Shown: positions 1 through 13,470 of the stretch, piece after piece
Position numbering within the stretch: the stretch's first letter is position 1
Layout of the letters: every line of letters begins with the position of its first letter
Source of the DNA: Antedon mediterranea
Lineage: Eukaryota > Animalia > Echinodermata
DNA: 64,000 nucleotides
Direction of reading: 5' to 3'
Assembly (NCBI RefSeq): GCF_964355755.1
Contig: NC_092675.1
Span: 21,300,912 to 21,364,911, forward strand
Notes under the pieces: generated by a model
Database searches by the model: none
What the model was told of the DNA's origin: nothing
Seen by the model: only the letters and a program-made list of their open reading frames with translations
Translations under genes and position numbers: made by a program

Positions 1-3000
1 TCAAAGTAAGATCAAACACATGCAAAGTTTGCGCAGCCAAATAAAATTTGGTTAGATTTTTCATCGAACAAAAAAAAAGATTTATAATAATTAATAATTT
101 TCAGTACATTAGAATTTAATTGAAGGAGAAGTTAATAATAAAGTTAAATTAACAGAAGTCAATTACAGTACATATTGTAACCCTCAATTGTACAGTAATA
201 GTGGTGGTACGTTCCCACTTAAGGGCGTGGTTGCGGAATAGTCCATTATGGTCCAGAAGTGTTATAGGAACTTTTACTTTTCGTATCTAAGCACTCCCAT
301 TGAGAGCACAGGCTATTGTCGGTTTATCCAGGTAAGCTACAGAGGCACGATATAGACACACTATCTATGTTTTGTAAAATCAAGGAGGAATGATTCACTC
401 TTCCCTGGTAAATTAGTATGTTTTGTTACATATTTTCTACAAAAAAAATATAAATTACATATACACATGTAGCTGTATTCATATCAAGTTTTTTTTATTT
501 TTGACAACAAATCATTATTGTATAATACAATATAAAAACTTGCATCTATAATTATAGTAAAAAACCTTTTAAAAGAAAAATCACAATACTAATAGTAGCA
601 CAGTACCTAATCACTGAGATTGGTTTCACAAAAGCATTTCCTTTGAACATTGTTTATCTTTCAATGAACTGACTATAAGGGAAAATTTAGGGACTTTCCC
701 TAAACAGCATCCACCATATAAGGCAGCACAGATTGCACTTGTTACTAACTGTACTGTTGTTACTACTTAATTGCAATATCCTGTAGAAATGTAAACAAAG
801 TTTTTGATTCTGTTTTGTTGCTTTCATAAATTAGAACTACTATGATATGTTATGATTTTTTATTTACTTTTCTGTTTATTTAATACTGTTTTGCATAGCA
901 CTACTGTAGCAGACACATTAATGAACATTACTGTAGGCTAGTAAATATTGTCCTACTACAGTATGTACTGTATTAAGAGACTAGAATTGGATTTACTGTA
1001 CATGTATTAGGATAAATACACTATATTTTATACTTCTTATTGTTTCAATAAAAACAATTTACTTAATTATGAAAAAAAAGATCTGTCCATAAAATACAGT
1101 CTAGTTATTAACCATAACTATTGTGGAACAAATTAAACCAGATGATAAACTAAACACTTGTTTATCTTTCAAAGAAAGTAGTATTTGTGAACAAAATTTC
1201 CCTAGAATCGATTTGATCAAATAATGATTTACTTGATTACCACAATATGATCATAGAATATTTATATCAAAATTGCAGAACTGTAATCTTCAAGGTTTAC
1301 AAAACTCATATTGCAAAATTTGCTATGGCAACAGCGTAGTTAGTTTGTTTAAATATTATTAATATGTTTAATATTTCAATTGAAAGAAAGATCGCCATTT
1401 GTTGGTTTCAAAAGAATATTTCTGAGAACAAGATAGTTCTGTACTAAAAAATAAGTACCAATTGTAGTTATTAAAATATAGTTATCTTAAATCTAGCTTT
1501 CAATTGCAAATTTAATATTTGCCGACAAGTAAATTAGTTGCTTCTTAGAAAACTTAAAAAGTGATTTTAGTTTACTGTGGCTAGAAGTCATGAACAGTAA
1601 TTAATACATGCAAAAAGATAGATTAAAACAAAGGTACAGTAATTACAGTGTTTAAATCTTTTTTTCACTTCAACAGCGTTTTTGATTTGTGCAGTATTAG
1701 CATAGTTTTTTCAATTATTCATTTAAGTACAATATGTTTCATTCAATTATTTTGCAAATTTTGTCTGGTGAATTTTTCGCCAACTTTAACACTTTGTATT
1801 TATTTTCCTACAGTAACTGTACATCCTTAATTTGTTATCATCTTTTTCCTAAACAACTTCATTTGCCTAGCTGCTGTGTAAGTAAACATGCCTCTTCTTT
1901 GTGTCATTGGGCAAGTAGCTTTTAATTTACTCTCATTTCGGATAAACATTAAGAATACTGGTGTTTCTGTATGATTATTAATGATTGGTCAGACTCACCT
2001 CCTCGAGGCAAAGCTACTGTACTCCACAGTGGTAATACAATCATCATTATTAGTATGTTTACTGTGGCTGTTGTAAAGTGCCTGTTCAGAATTCCAGTAA
2101 ATTGAGACAAAATAATTGATAAAACTGTATAATGCCTTTAAATTACAGATACTGTACAGTTTATGACGGAATTATTCAGTATCTATAGTAAACATTTTGA
2201 AATTGAAATTGCTGGATTAATACCTTAAATATCCTGGCAACTAAGGAAATAATAAGACTGTTCCTTGAGACCTCTTCCTTAAGATTATATTTTATATTAT
2301 TTCCTGATTCTAGAGTTTATAACTAAATAGCTGAATCAAAATATACAGTTTAATGAATGTTTTCCATTCATAGAAAAATTAGCAGAAACTTTTTAACAAA
2401 TTTAATTTTAATGTATTTGAAAACAAACAAATTGTTTATATTAGAACTTTGCTATTTATTTGTGCAGTATTCTTTGTTGAAAAATAAAATACAATTCATC
2501 ACTTATACCATGGAGCTATCTAATTGTATAGCTCTATGCTTATACTGTAAGAATTACTTTAGCTTCATACTTTGGATGAGTAACATAAGCTTAACATTTT
2601 ATATAATTAATTAAAACGAGTAATGCATCTTTACCTTTCTATTCTGGTACTGTATAAATACTGTTATTAAAAGACTATACAATTGTAGGCCTAATAGTAA
2701 TATCAATAGAGTATTATTTAGCGTTTAGCATACTGTGATGAGATTAACTAAATATTTATATTTAAAAAAAAAAAAAAATCTTATGCACTTTAAATCCTAG
2801 TATTAAAGTAAATTCTAGAGTGTCTTAATATTAGTAAAAAGATAAATATTTTTGAACATTATGGGGTTTCAAACGTATACTACTTGAGCTTGGATGAGCT
2901 TCAGACAAAAATCGAAATAAAAAAAAAATAAATAAAAAAAGACAATTGAATACACTTCTTGGGGAAAATCTAATTCTACAGTAACTGTACAGTAATAAAA

Positions 3001-6000
3001 ATACATTTATCTGAGGATACTGTAACAGTAACAGTACTAGTTTTTATACTTTGATATTGATAAATAAATATTTACAGTAGAAGCTATCTTGTAAACTATG
3101 ATATTCAAACAGATACTGTACACCCCGGTTAATAATAAATACAGACAGACAGTATGGCTACTGTACCTTGGAAGTAAAACTTTCTTACCTGTTGAATGAG
3201 GTAATCTTTCTTGAATTACTTTAGCAAATGAGGTAGTTGGATGGTTCCTAACAATACCGAAGCTGAATCAATGAAACATTGCGTGCTTGTAGTTTACAAT
3301 TAAAATGCTATAATAAAGTGAAAATCAATACCGCGGTTTCTGTTTTAAATACTGAACTATAAATAGAACTCGGGATTTTACAATAGTCTTCCACTTTTCA
3401 TTTGTGACATCATGATGGATATACATTATAAATGTATGGTCTTGATTACTTTCATTGGCTAGCTTAGTAATCACATGACATGCATTAAATCACATCAATT
3501 GCCCATCTGAGGTCATTAGGTCTAAGGTCCTGTTTTTGCTGCGAACAAATAACCTGAATAAATTAACCAAAATTTCTTTGCCGCAGAAACAGGACAAATA
3601 TTAATTGGGTAGATGACAGCTTGAAAATAATGGTTAAAAACACCAAATTTAGACGCCATTTAACCTGTTATCGCTGTGCAACTTTTAGCTACAACGTAAA
3701 ATAAAACGGTTATTTGATTGACAGCTGTAGTCTCAAACAACCACAAATTTAAATAAGAAATAGAAATGCGATCAACTTAAAAATTATATTTCTTAAATAA
3801 ATGATTTATTCGGCGATATGCAACAGAAACAGGCCCCACTTTGGTATCAATATTTAATATATAAACACATCCACAAAGTTTAACTTTATGTTACAGTAAT
3901 TGAGTGATAGTTGACTATAATTCTATGCAAGGAAATCATTGCGCAAATTGTCCAAGTTGCGCATAATATGTTTAGAATAGTAAACTGTAATAATACTATA
4001 ATAGGCCCTATACTATCAGTACGCTATATATATATATATATGCAGCACAATTCTTATCTGATAACCCTCAGAATTTAATTTGAATTGCAAAGAACTAGGC
4101 CTAGCCTATGCAAGCATCATGCTTGCTAGAGCTACTAGAGAGGCCTACTGTATATTGCGAAAAATATTTTGGCACTAATAGACTTAATTATAAACCTATA
4201 TAATGTGAAATAGGGCAATAGTTTCCGTGTTTGTGGGTTATTTGACCCAATCACACATTCCACATCCCGCGGTGAAAACTATCTGCGGAGTGGACAAACG
4301 AGATTGATTGAATTTGAGGTACTAGGCTAGGCCTACTAGCCAGCTAGCCTAGCTTTAAAACCTACCTCGTCAGCTTCGGGCTGCATGATCACAGAACAAA
4401 GGCACTACATTACACATTTATTCCGATAATAAACTTACCTACTACCTTATACATTAATACAAGTCATTTAAATGATTTAGGCCTAGATGCTTTTAAACTA
4501 TTAATTTCACAGTATAATAATTATCCACTCTATAAATCCACTGAGCACGTACTACAGATTGAAAACTATGGCGTCGATCGGCGATCGGTGATGATGTTTG
4601 TTCTATTTTTAAAGGGAGGGAAAAACCCAGATCCTGTTTTTAAGCGGCGCCGCCGCCGAAGATTGAATTTGCGTTGGAAGTGACGTAAGTAAAAATATTA
4701 CGTAATGGCTGCGTATGATTTGCATAAACCAAAAAAGTACGATAATAATAGTATTATAAATTGAAGGCAATCGTATTATTTATTAAATCATAGCCAATTG
4801 CGTTGAAGGAGGCCATAATATGCAAGGAAGTGACCATCCCATCGTCAAGGCAGCTGAAGAGTGTTGATAATATAGGCCTACCTATAATTATATAATTAAT
4901 TTATGTTTTCATTCTTCCCCGATTTAAGTAATAATCATAATATTAGTTAAATATGTCAATGCACCATTTATTACCTTATATATTTAGATAATGTTTTTAC
5001 TCATAATTGGTACCGAACTAGCGAAACGTCGGTAATATTCACTGGAGTGACTCTCACATGATTTTTCTCATTTTCTGCCATCAGGTACGGTACTAATTCA
5101 TATTAAAAGAAACTACTGCTGATCGGTTGCATTATTTAGAAGCCTCACCACTGCAACCTTGGTTAATAGCGTAGGATACCAAAATGTTTTTTTTAAAACA
5201 ATATTAAACAGAACAATTTCAGTTGTTGTGGTTAATGTCCGATCCCCTGAGTAGGATTATCTATATTCAGGGGACACCATTATTAAGGGACATTTTTTGG
5301 GTCCCGAAGTGGCCCCTTAATATGGGTTCTACTGTATTATGTATATATTGCAATTGCTAGATTTTAGGATTTGGTTTACAACCTTTTAAGTCAATTCAAC
5401 ATTATGTGATACATGGGACTTCAAGACTGAATAATGCTACAAACAATTTAATGAGATAATTTTTCACCCTGCTGCTCTAGCCCGCTACGTCACAGGAGAT
5501 GATGACTCATCAATTATAAGCTGAAAGCAATTAGCAGCAGTTATAGTACAGAGGCTGACGCTGACGTTTTTGCTAATTTGTAAACTCAACTATAATTTAT
5601 AGATCCCAGCTGCTGGACCCAAACAACTGTGGAAAAAGAGAGTCTATGAGGGCTCACTTAAACGGTTTTGGATTCTCGCCCTTTGATTGGTTGAATCTAC
5701 AGACTGGAAAGAATTTTCTCATTTAAAGCAAAGAATATTATATCACTCTTTGCTTGAAGTCACGTTTTCTCTAGAGGGTATTCGGTTGCATGCCTTGAGG
5801 TCATACACACACACACACATTAAAGTTCAAAATTGACCATTTTTAAATGGGCATGTGATTCATAATTAAAGAACTATCTTTGATTTGTATGTATTTTTGG
5901 GATTAAAGGACATCTTTTTAATAATTAATCATAAGTATATCTGAAGAAAGAACAATCAATAATTTTTTTAAATATCGAGCAGCGTTTTTAGTAAGAAAAA

Positions 6001-6106
6001 TTCTTGTTTATTCCTCCCTGTTCCTATCGTCGAAAGCAATTAGACCCTATAGGCCTACAATACAAATTAACCAGATGCAAATACGGTATATCTCATAATC
6101 ATTATA

Positions 6107-6455
6107 AACAAGCACGAATGTGCGATACTCTGGGTACAGCAAAAGAAGCTGTAATGACGTCATAAGACGGGATGACGTCACATACACATCAAAATCAGCT
6201 ACCAAATATAGCTATATGGTACCATCTTCGAGACGTGATATGGCTGCATCCTGTTTGAAATTTAAAAATCCGGCTCTAACGCTTTGAGGACATGTCCCTG
6301 GAGTATATTCATGCCAAATCCCAGCTCAATATCACAACGAATAAGGGATCGAGGAGTAGTACTTTATAAATCGCACTTTTTACTCAATAGTGTCCAGATG
6401 GAGGAAATGGAAGAGGAGAAGATGAGAGAGTACTAGATTCGGGTACCCCGAGTAA
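6107..6455 (+). mobile_element. Non-autonomous Helentron/HINE-like element (family 1)
   Basis: Starts AACAAG and ends in the palindrome TCGGGTACCCCGA; about 300 nt closely match 34457-34764. Confidence 0.6.
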
Positions 6456-7693
6456 AAATAATAATTTACAGTACATCGAGAATCTTCAGTAACGTTTCTT
6501 TCGCCTCCTACTCGACTCCCCTGTTAAGAAAATGGAATATTCCCAAGCGCATTTCATTGTTGAGGGCGGTAGTCGGTAATCTGAAAAAAACCAAAAAAAA
6601 GAAGGCTGGAGCCTAGGCCTAGGTTTAAACAAATTAATTCGGGTAGGTAGGTAGGTCTCTAGCCCTAGGCCTAGTATAATATAAGTAAGTATTAGGCCTA
6701 CTAGACATAAATACGATAGCCAGGTATAGTACGCCTATAGCTAGCCCACCGTGTTTGTATTACATACAACGAGGGTCTCTCTAGTCTTAGTTAGTAGGCC
6801 TCACTCACACAGGCCTTACCTAACCTATAGCCTAGGCCTAGTACTAGTAGGCCTAGGCCTAGTAGGCCCCTAGGCATAGGCCTAGTCTACTAGAGTTTAG
6901 GCCAGAGTAGTACTACTAGCATACCTAGGCCCTAGGCCTAAATAGTAGGCAAATTAGTATAACATAGTCATAGGCCTACTAGTACTACTATACTAAAGGC
7001 TAAGCTAATAATAGACTTCTAAACTAGAATTTAATATTGTTCTCCGAAAAAATAACTTTTTAAAAAAAAAGTCACATAATTTTAATTACCTATATAACTA
7101 TGAAAATTATTATTTTATTATACTTATTATTATAGTAATAAGTATTTAGTATTATAGTATGTACTACAGTATAGTGTTTTATAAAAAATAAATATCAAAT
7201 TTTTAATAATAAATATTAAAACTACAAAATGGCAAATGGCATATTCATATTTTATTCATCTTTATTTTTCATGTATTGGGGTTCATATGAAATGTGCATA
7301 TAGTGTGCAATCATCAGAACCCATTTGACTTTTTTTACTTGGGAAACTTGAATTATACAGCAGCTAAGCAATAAAATAAAATTAAAGGATTTTGTATGTT
7401 GTACATCATTTAAACAGTTTGCCTACCACCAGCAACTATGATGTCATGCTATTAAGACCGTTTTTGGAAGCAGAATATAGAAAATTATAAGGCTCATAGC
7501 GGAAGGTTAAAACAGGCACGACAAAGATTTTAAATAATATAATAATCATATGTGTTGTGCCTGGAATTGAGGAAGTGGGTGGTAAGAATGTTTATCTGCC
7601 AATTTCTCATGCATTACCATAACATTTTACATTTATCGTTGACGTTGATGTTTGTTTCTATTTACTCTAGGATTTTTGTATAATGATTACAAA

Positions 7694-10600
7694 ATGGGTT
7701 TGAATGCATCAACAATACCTGGAGATAATGGAGGAATCATCTCTGAATTAACTTCACCTTTAAAAGATGACTGGATAATTCAGCATGCTGACGCTTGCGG
7801 ACGTGAGTATACAAATAATTAATGTTTATTAGTTGATTGGAGCTTGAATTTTTCATGAGTTCTAGATTGACTTAGTGGCTGTGCCAACTAGTACTATTTG
7901 TTTGAAAGATGTACTAAGTTCTTTAAGTGCATTGGACCTATGGTTAATAGAAGACTCGTTCTACCACCAGAACCCAGAACCATGGTGTGTGAGAGCCTCG
8001 AACCCTTCCTAATATTATGGCTATGGATTATAGTTCAACTGTCTTAACACTCGGCTACTCACACACCCAGAATAATTTATGTATTGATTGATGATTCATG
8101 TATTTTTCTTAGTGACAACAATAGAAGTAAAACAGTTGTGGAAACGATTTAATGAGCTTGGTTGTAATCAGGAAGGCATATTGTATGCAGGTTCCTTACC
8201 TAATGATTCTCCGACCTCTGACCCATTTGTGAGCAAGGTAATTTTTAAACCAGAGTTTGTATTCTCTTACTAAAGCTTCATTCGCACTGGATTTAATTTG
8301 GTCAAATTAAGTTACCAGCTATAATTGACCAAGAAACCCTGCAGTAGAGGCTACAATTCCTTCAGAATACCAACAGTTAATTTTGAATAATGAACTTAAT
8401 TTTTACAGATTTTTAAGCAGTTTCCAAAATCAGACGATGAAGCTATAACATTTCAAACCTTCTGTGCAGCAACTAGATGGTTATCAGATGAATCCATAGA
8501 TGGAAAGATAAGAGGTGAAAATATCTTAATTTTAAATTTCAGATTAAAGATTCCAAACATTCCCTACAATTTGTGACGTTTTATAAAAATAATGCATATA
8601 TATTATTTTAAAACATTAAACCAGGTTATTCCATGTCTTAAATGTACGTTTCATGGTAAATTATGATAAAAAGAGAGAAACTACGCACTACAGTACCTAT
8701 GTAGCTCGCGGTGAATGTCCTCTCATGGACGGTGTTTAGGCTTAGCTTAGCTATGCTTAGTTTTGTAGGTAAACAGCTGGTAACGTACGCTAGCTATAGG
8801 CCTAGCCTGACGTTGTATAGTTGCTGCATTAATTGTCTTTCTGTTTTTGCCAGAATCTGTTGATAAAAATTGGGGGAAACGCGGTATTTTCGCTAAAAAA
8901 AAAGTTAGGAGGCTTCCATTTGTTTTTGGCCTCACGATCGATCCAAAAGTGGGTGAATTACGGAAGAAACACAAAAATATCAATCTGCGAGCAAATGCAT
9001 GTTGGTATTAATAGAGGACCGCATAAATTATTAGAATCAACTCATTTTTCACATTTTAACCGCTTAAAGACGAAAAAAAAAATCTCAATAGGACCATATA
9101 GTATTTATTTTTACATTAAATGTAGTTTGTGACCTTAAATTAGATCTAAAAAACGTAGGGAATGAAACTTTAAGCAATACGATTTCGATAGACACCTAAA
9201 AACTTGGGCATTAGAGAGGTAGTCTGATTTGCAACAACCCAGAACTTACGAGCTACCATTAGGATCCGTCCAGATTATGAGGTATCAAGTGAAAAAACAT
9301 ACCCCTATCCTTGTTTTGCATGCACATATTAACACAAGCAGTTCCTATGCCCTAACGTAAGTTCATCGCAAATCGATTGCTCCCTAATCTTGATTTCACT
9401 GCCTGAAAGCATAGAATTCAACTACTTGTACAGTAGCAGATACTTAACAAAGAAATAATTAGTTTTATTTTCTGATTTTATTGTGATTAGAGAAACATTT
9501 GTCATGTCACTATTAATGACATTATCGTTGGAAACTAAAAATTAACACATATTTTTGAATCATTTTAGCTGTGTTTGCCGTTTTAAACGATGGAAGACCA
9601 CTCAATGAAGATGTTTTGATTGAAATTCTCTCTCAAGTTTATTTGGAAGACAGTCAGGTACTAATTAATATTGTCTTTGTATTCCTCATGTTTTACTAAT
9701 TTATTATTTCAACAATATTTTATGAGGGTGGTGAATTTGACAAGAAAATAACATGAAAAAAGTATACAAAAATGTATAAAAAAAATTAATTAAAATAGAT
9801 ATAATTTATATATATATAATGAATTAAATATAATAAGGAATATTAAATACTAGAAATCTAAAGAGAAATAGAAAAGATAATAAATTGAACATGAAAGGGA
9901 AAAGGCAGGAATGGATATTGCATTAATCGTATTCTTTCTCTTTTTTTGATGAATAAATGACAATGTACAATATACTTTACAATAGTGCCAGAGGGAATCC
10001 CATAGTCCAATAATCATTACAATTTTACTGTATACTCTTAGGAGTCAATAAGAAGAGCAGCAGTTGTATTGCTGAAACAGATTGATAAGGATGGAAATGG
10101 CGCCATCACAGAAGATCAGTTTTCTTCCTGGGTCACGACCCTTCCTCATGACACTCTGGAGGCCATTCTTAAGTTTGAAATTAGTCAGCAGAATGACAAG
10201 GATGGTATTTCAACTTCTACCACACCTGTTAAGGTATGTAAAGGACATTTCGAAGAACTAATGAATATGAAATTGATGGTATACTAACACTACCTTACCA
10301 GATTTTTGCTAACTTATCAATGGCCAATTTTGATACAATAAATCTATGATTTGAAATTTGTTTTTTAAAGAGCCAATCAGTTCCTAGCATTCATTTTGTG
10401 TCAAATGACATAAAATAAGCTTCTTGGTGCAAACATCACAGGAGCTTAACTGGCAATTTCTATGCTTGTTGGGGAGACAATGGTGTATATAAAACAAGTT
10501 TTCTGATCAAATGATGTCAGTAATTTTGGTTTAGGCAACCTCGGCAATATAAAGCTAGGCATTAGTAAACGGTGACCGTATGGGCAGTATCCTTCATTTC

Positions 10601-11629
10601 AAAGTTTTGAAGCCTTCCCACCCAGCCTAACCAGTCTACAACCTTCCATTTTGAACCAATTGATTATGTCTTGTCTTTTAGACACCGCATTCTACAAAGG
10701 TCTTGAGGCCAACATCTCTTGGAGGACCAGTAGTTACAGAAGATCAGTTGATGGCAGTGGCTAAGCAAATGTATGATAAAGACTGGCTCTTGCTTGCAAA
10801 TAAGCTAGGCTTCACTCTGATGGAAGTCAAGGATATTAAAGAGAACTACACAACCAAAAGACAACAGGTATGTTTCTTTTTCTGCATTATCATCTGCATC
10901 CTTCAGATACAACATTCTGGCCGTTTCCGCAGCCAAAAATTAACCAATTAAAAGTAACCGATAATTAACCAATTCCACAAAATTAACCAATACAATAATT
11001 ATCTCATTCAAATCGGATAATTTATCGGATAAATGCAATATTTTTTAACCTTTGACCTGAAGGACAAATTGTTGCGTTGTGATTGGGCATCTGGTTGTTT
11101 GGCAATGACTGATCATGCACACTCTTTAATTTTTTTTCATTGGTCATATGTACATAATTGAACTTTGAAAAGACTGAGAAAGTGATTGACTTCCTACCAT
11201 GGTGCACTATGGCTGTGGTACATCATTTAATAAATTGGTTCTTTCTTAACACTTAACTTTGCTTCATTTGGATAAAATGCTATCATATGTCTTTCTTTTT
11301 TATTCAGTATATATGTACTATAAAACATCTTTGGGACACTCCCATTAGGGGGACACTGTTAAATTGCGAATTGAAGGAGGAGGAGGAGGAGTGTTAACAC
11401 TATAACCAAACCAACCCCTTTTCAGGGGACAATTTGTTGGGTCTTGAAGGTGTCCTTTAATAGAGGTTCTATTGTATTTTCTTAGTTGATGAAATATTTG
11501 ATTTTGCATTTGTAGGTTGAAGAACTTCTGAAAGAATGGAAAAAGGAAAATGGTATTACAGCAACAGTTAATGTAATAAAGCGAGCATTGGTTGAAGCAA
11601 ACTTTGAAGCAGTCGCTGAAAAGCTGTGA
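7694..11629 (+). CDS. Calcineurin-B/CHP-like EF-hand protein with C-terminal death domain (~306 aa, 7 coding exons)
   Basis: Exons 7694-7802, 8113-8237, 8409-8514, 9569-9657, 10042-10233, 10682-10867, 11516-11629. All junctions are GT-AG and phase-compatible (921 nt). N-terminus MGLNAS fits MGxxxS. CHP/CNB-like segments EVKQLWKRFNELG and GKIRAVFAVL; EF-hand loop DKDGNGAITEDQF. Death-domain pattern VTEDQLMAVAKQM..DWLLLANKLGF..VKDIKE..QVEELLKEWKKENGITATVNVIKRAL..AVAEKL*. Confidence 0.85.
10916..11100 (+). repeat. Dispersed repeat, second copy at about 60845-60995
   Basis: Shared TCTGGCCG..TTTCCGCAG.CAAAAAT..TATCTCATTCAAATC..AATTGTTGCGTT. Confidence 0.6.
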
Positions 11630-13470
11630 AAATGAGGTTAAAGATATCAAAATGTCTGTGTTCTTTCCAGATAGTATTTAACATTGTTCTTGTTAGTGGT
11701 ATTGTTGGTGTAGATATTGAATTATCAAATAGTTGTTATTAGTATAAGGCCACCCTTGTTTATACACCCACCCCTAAATATCTATTGTATAAGTCTGTTC
11801 CACTAAAGACCCTCCCACAAGAATTGTGGAAAGGTCCTTAGTACAGTATTAATTTTAAAAGAATTATATAAAGTTAATGGTGCTATATTTTATATATATT
11901 TTATTATCTGCAAATATTAGGTCACATTTTATGTATACATAGGTATTTAATTTTTTTGCTGATACACTTCCTACCAAAAATATGTGTTTAAATTGATATT
12001 TTATTATTGAAAATAAAGGTTTTTTATTCCGCATATTTATCTGAGTGTATATTTTAAAACATAGTTTTTATTTTAACAAAATTATATGTTTTTAATACTA
12101 TTTTAGTTTAAAATAATTTTAAACTTTAGTTTTACACATTCCATATTTATTTGAGATATATTTTTATTATCAAATTATCTATAACCTTGATCTACATTAT
12201 ATTATAATTTATTATAATATTTAGTTCTATGCAAATCTGTATATTTATTGTAAAATGTGCAATTTCCTATGAAACCCAATGTGCCTTTTGTAATTTTCAA
12301 GATTATTGTTCCTGAAGTTTTACCTACCAAAAATGTACCACATATTCAGACTTGTTTGTATGTACAGTAGTACAGTATTTTGTAATATTTCCTATTGGTA
12401 TTCTGTTCTTTCCTGTTCTTTCTTTGTTGACAAAAAATTAAAAACCATTACTCTGATACTACTGTACTACAATGTATTATACAGTTTATCATACTAGATT
12501 TAAATTAATTATTCAGAATTCATATTGTGTTTATTGCATTTCACTATTATTGCTATTAATTAATACTATACTGTATTCTTCCGGCGTATACTATGAATAG
12601 GTGGATTACTAATCTATTTGGCGTATGGTATTTTTAAATAATAATGATCATTTAGTTTATGCTGGTGTAGCCTACTAGTAGGCATGGATTAATTAGTAAT
12701 ACAAATAGGCCTACTGAAATTAAATGATTCTGTTAGAATGTTGAATATCATTATACTAGGGCCACGTTTTGTCTTTCCATATTCAAGCAATATTAATCAC
12801 GCACACCTTTCGTGTTAATCTTGGAATGTGTTATATTTATTGAAGTGTTTTCATCATTGTGGTGTGCAATAAATGAAACCAACATAATTTGATGTGTATT
12901 TTATTGATTGCTTGTAATTGTTATTTGTAATTGTTATTTTATTGATTGCTTATATAAGAAGTTTTTTTGTACACAGGTGCAGATCCAGAGCAGGGGTGGG
13001 GGGAATTGAGTGCTAGGGGTGCGGGGAATTGAGTGCTAGGGGTGCCCCTTCCCCTCCTCTTCTGATACAGCCAAGAAGAACTAATGATTAATATATTTTA
13101 AAAATCTGCCCCTGGTGCATGTCTGTTAATTAATGCCTAATCCTAGGTGTGCACGTAATTTAATGTACTCATTGAGTACAGTAAAAATTAACCAATTTAA
13201 TAGTATCTGATTTTTATCTATACAAATTAAATTGTTATTTTATATAACTTGATTTTCGGAGTAGATCATAATATGATATGCACTCATTACACAAATATTT
13301 GAACATTGTGTGTACCGTTTTAAAATACCTAATTTACATATCAAGGTTATTTCTTGATACGGATCAGTGATCATGTGCATTGATCCATATAATCATGAGA
13401 CAGAAAAACACAGTACTACTCTGCTCTCTCTGATGACAGTCTAGTGGGGCTTGAAATAAACAATGAAATA

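Noticed and set aside
4200-4310. Nested hairpins ending in ACA on the minus strand (possible H/ACA snoRNA)
   Set aside because: No convincing H box between two hairpins; equally consistent with a decayed inverted repeat. An Rfam/snoReport scan would be needed.
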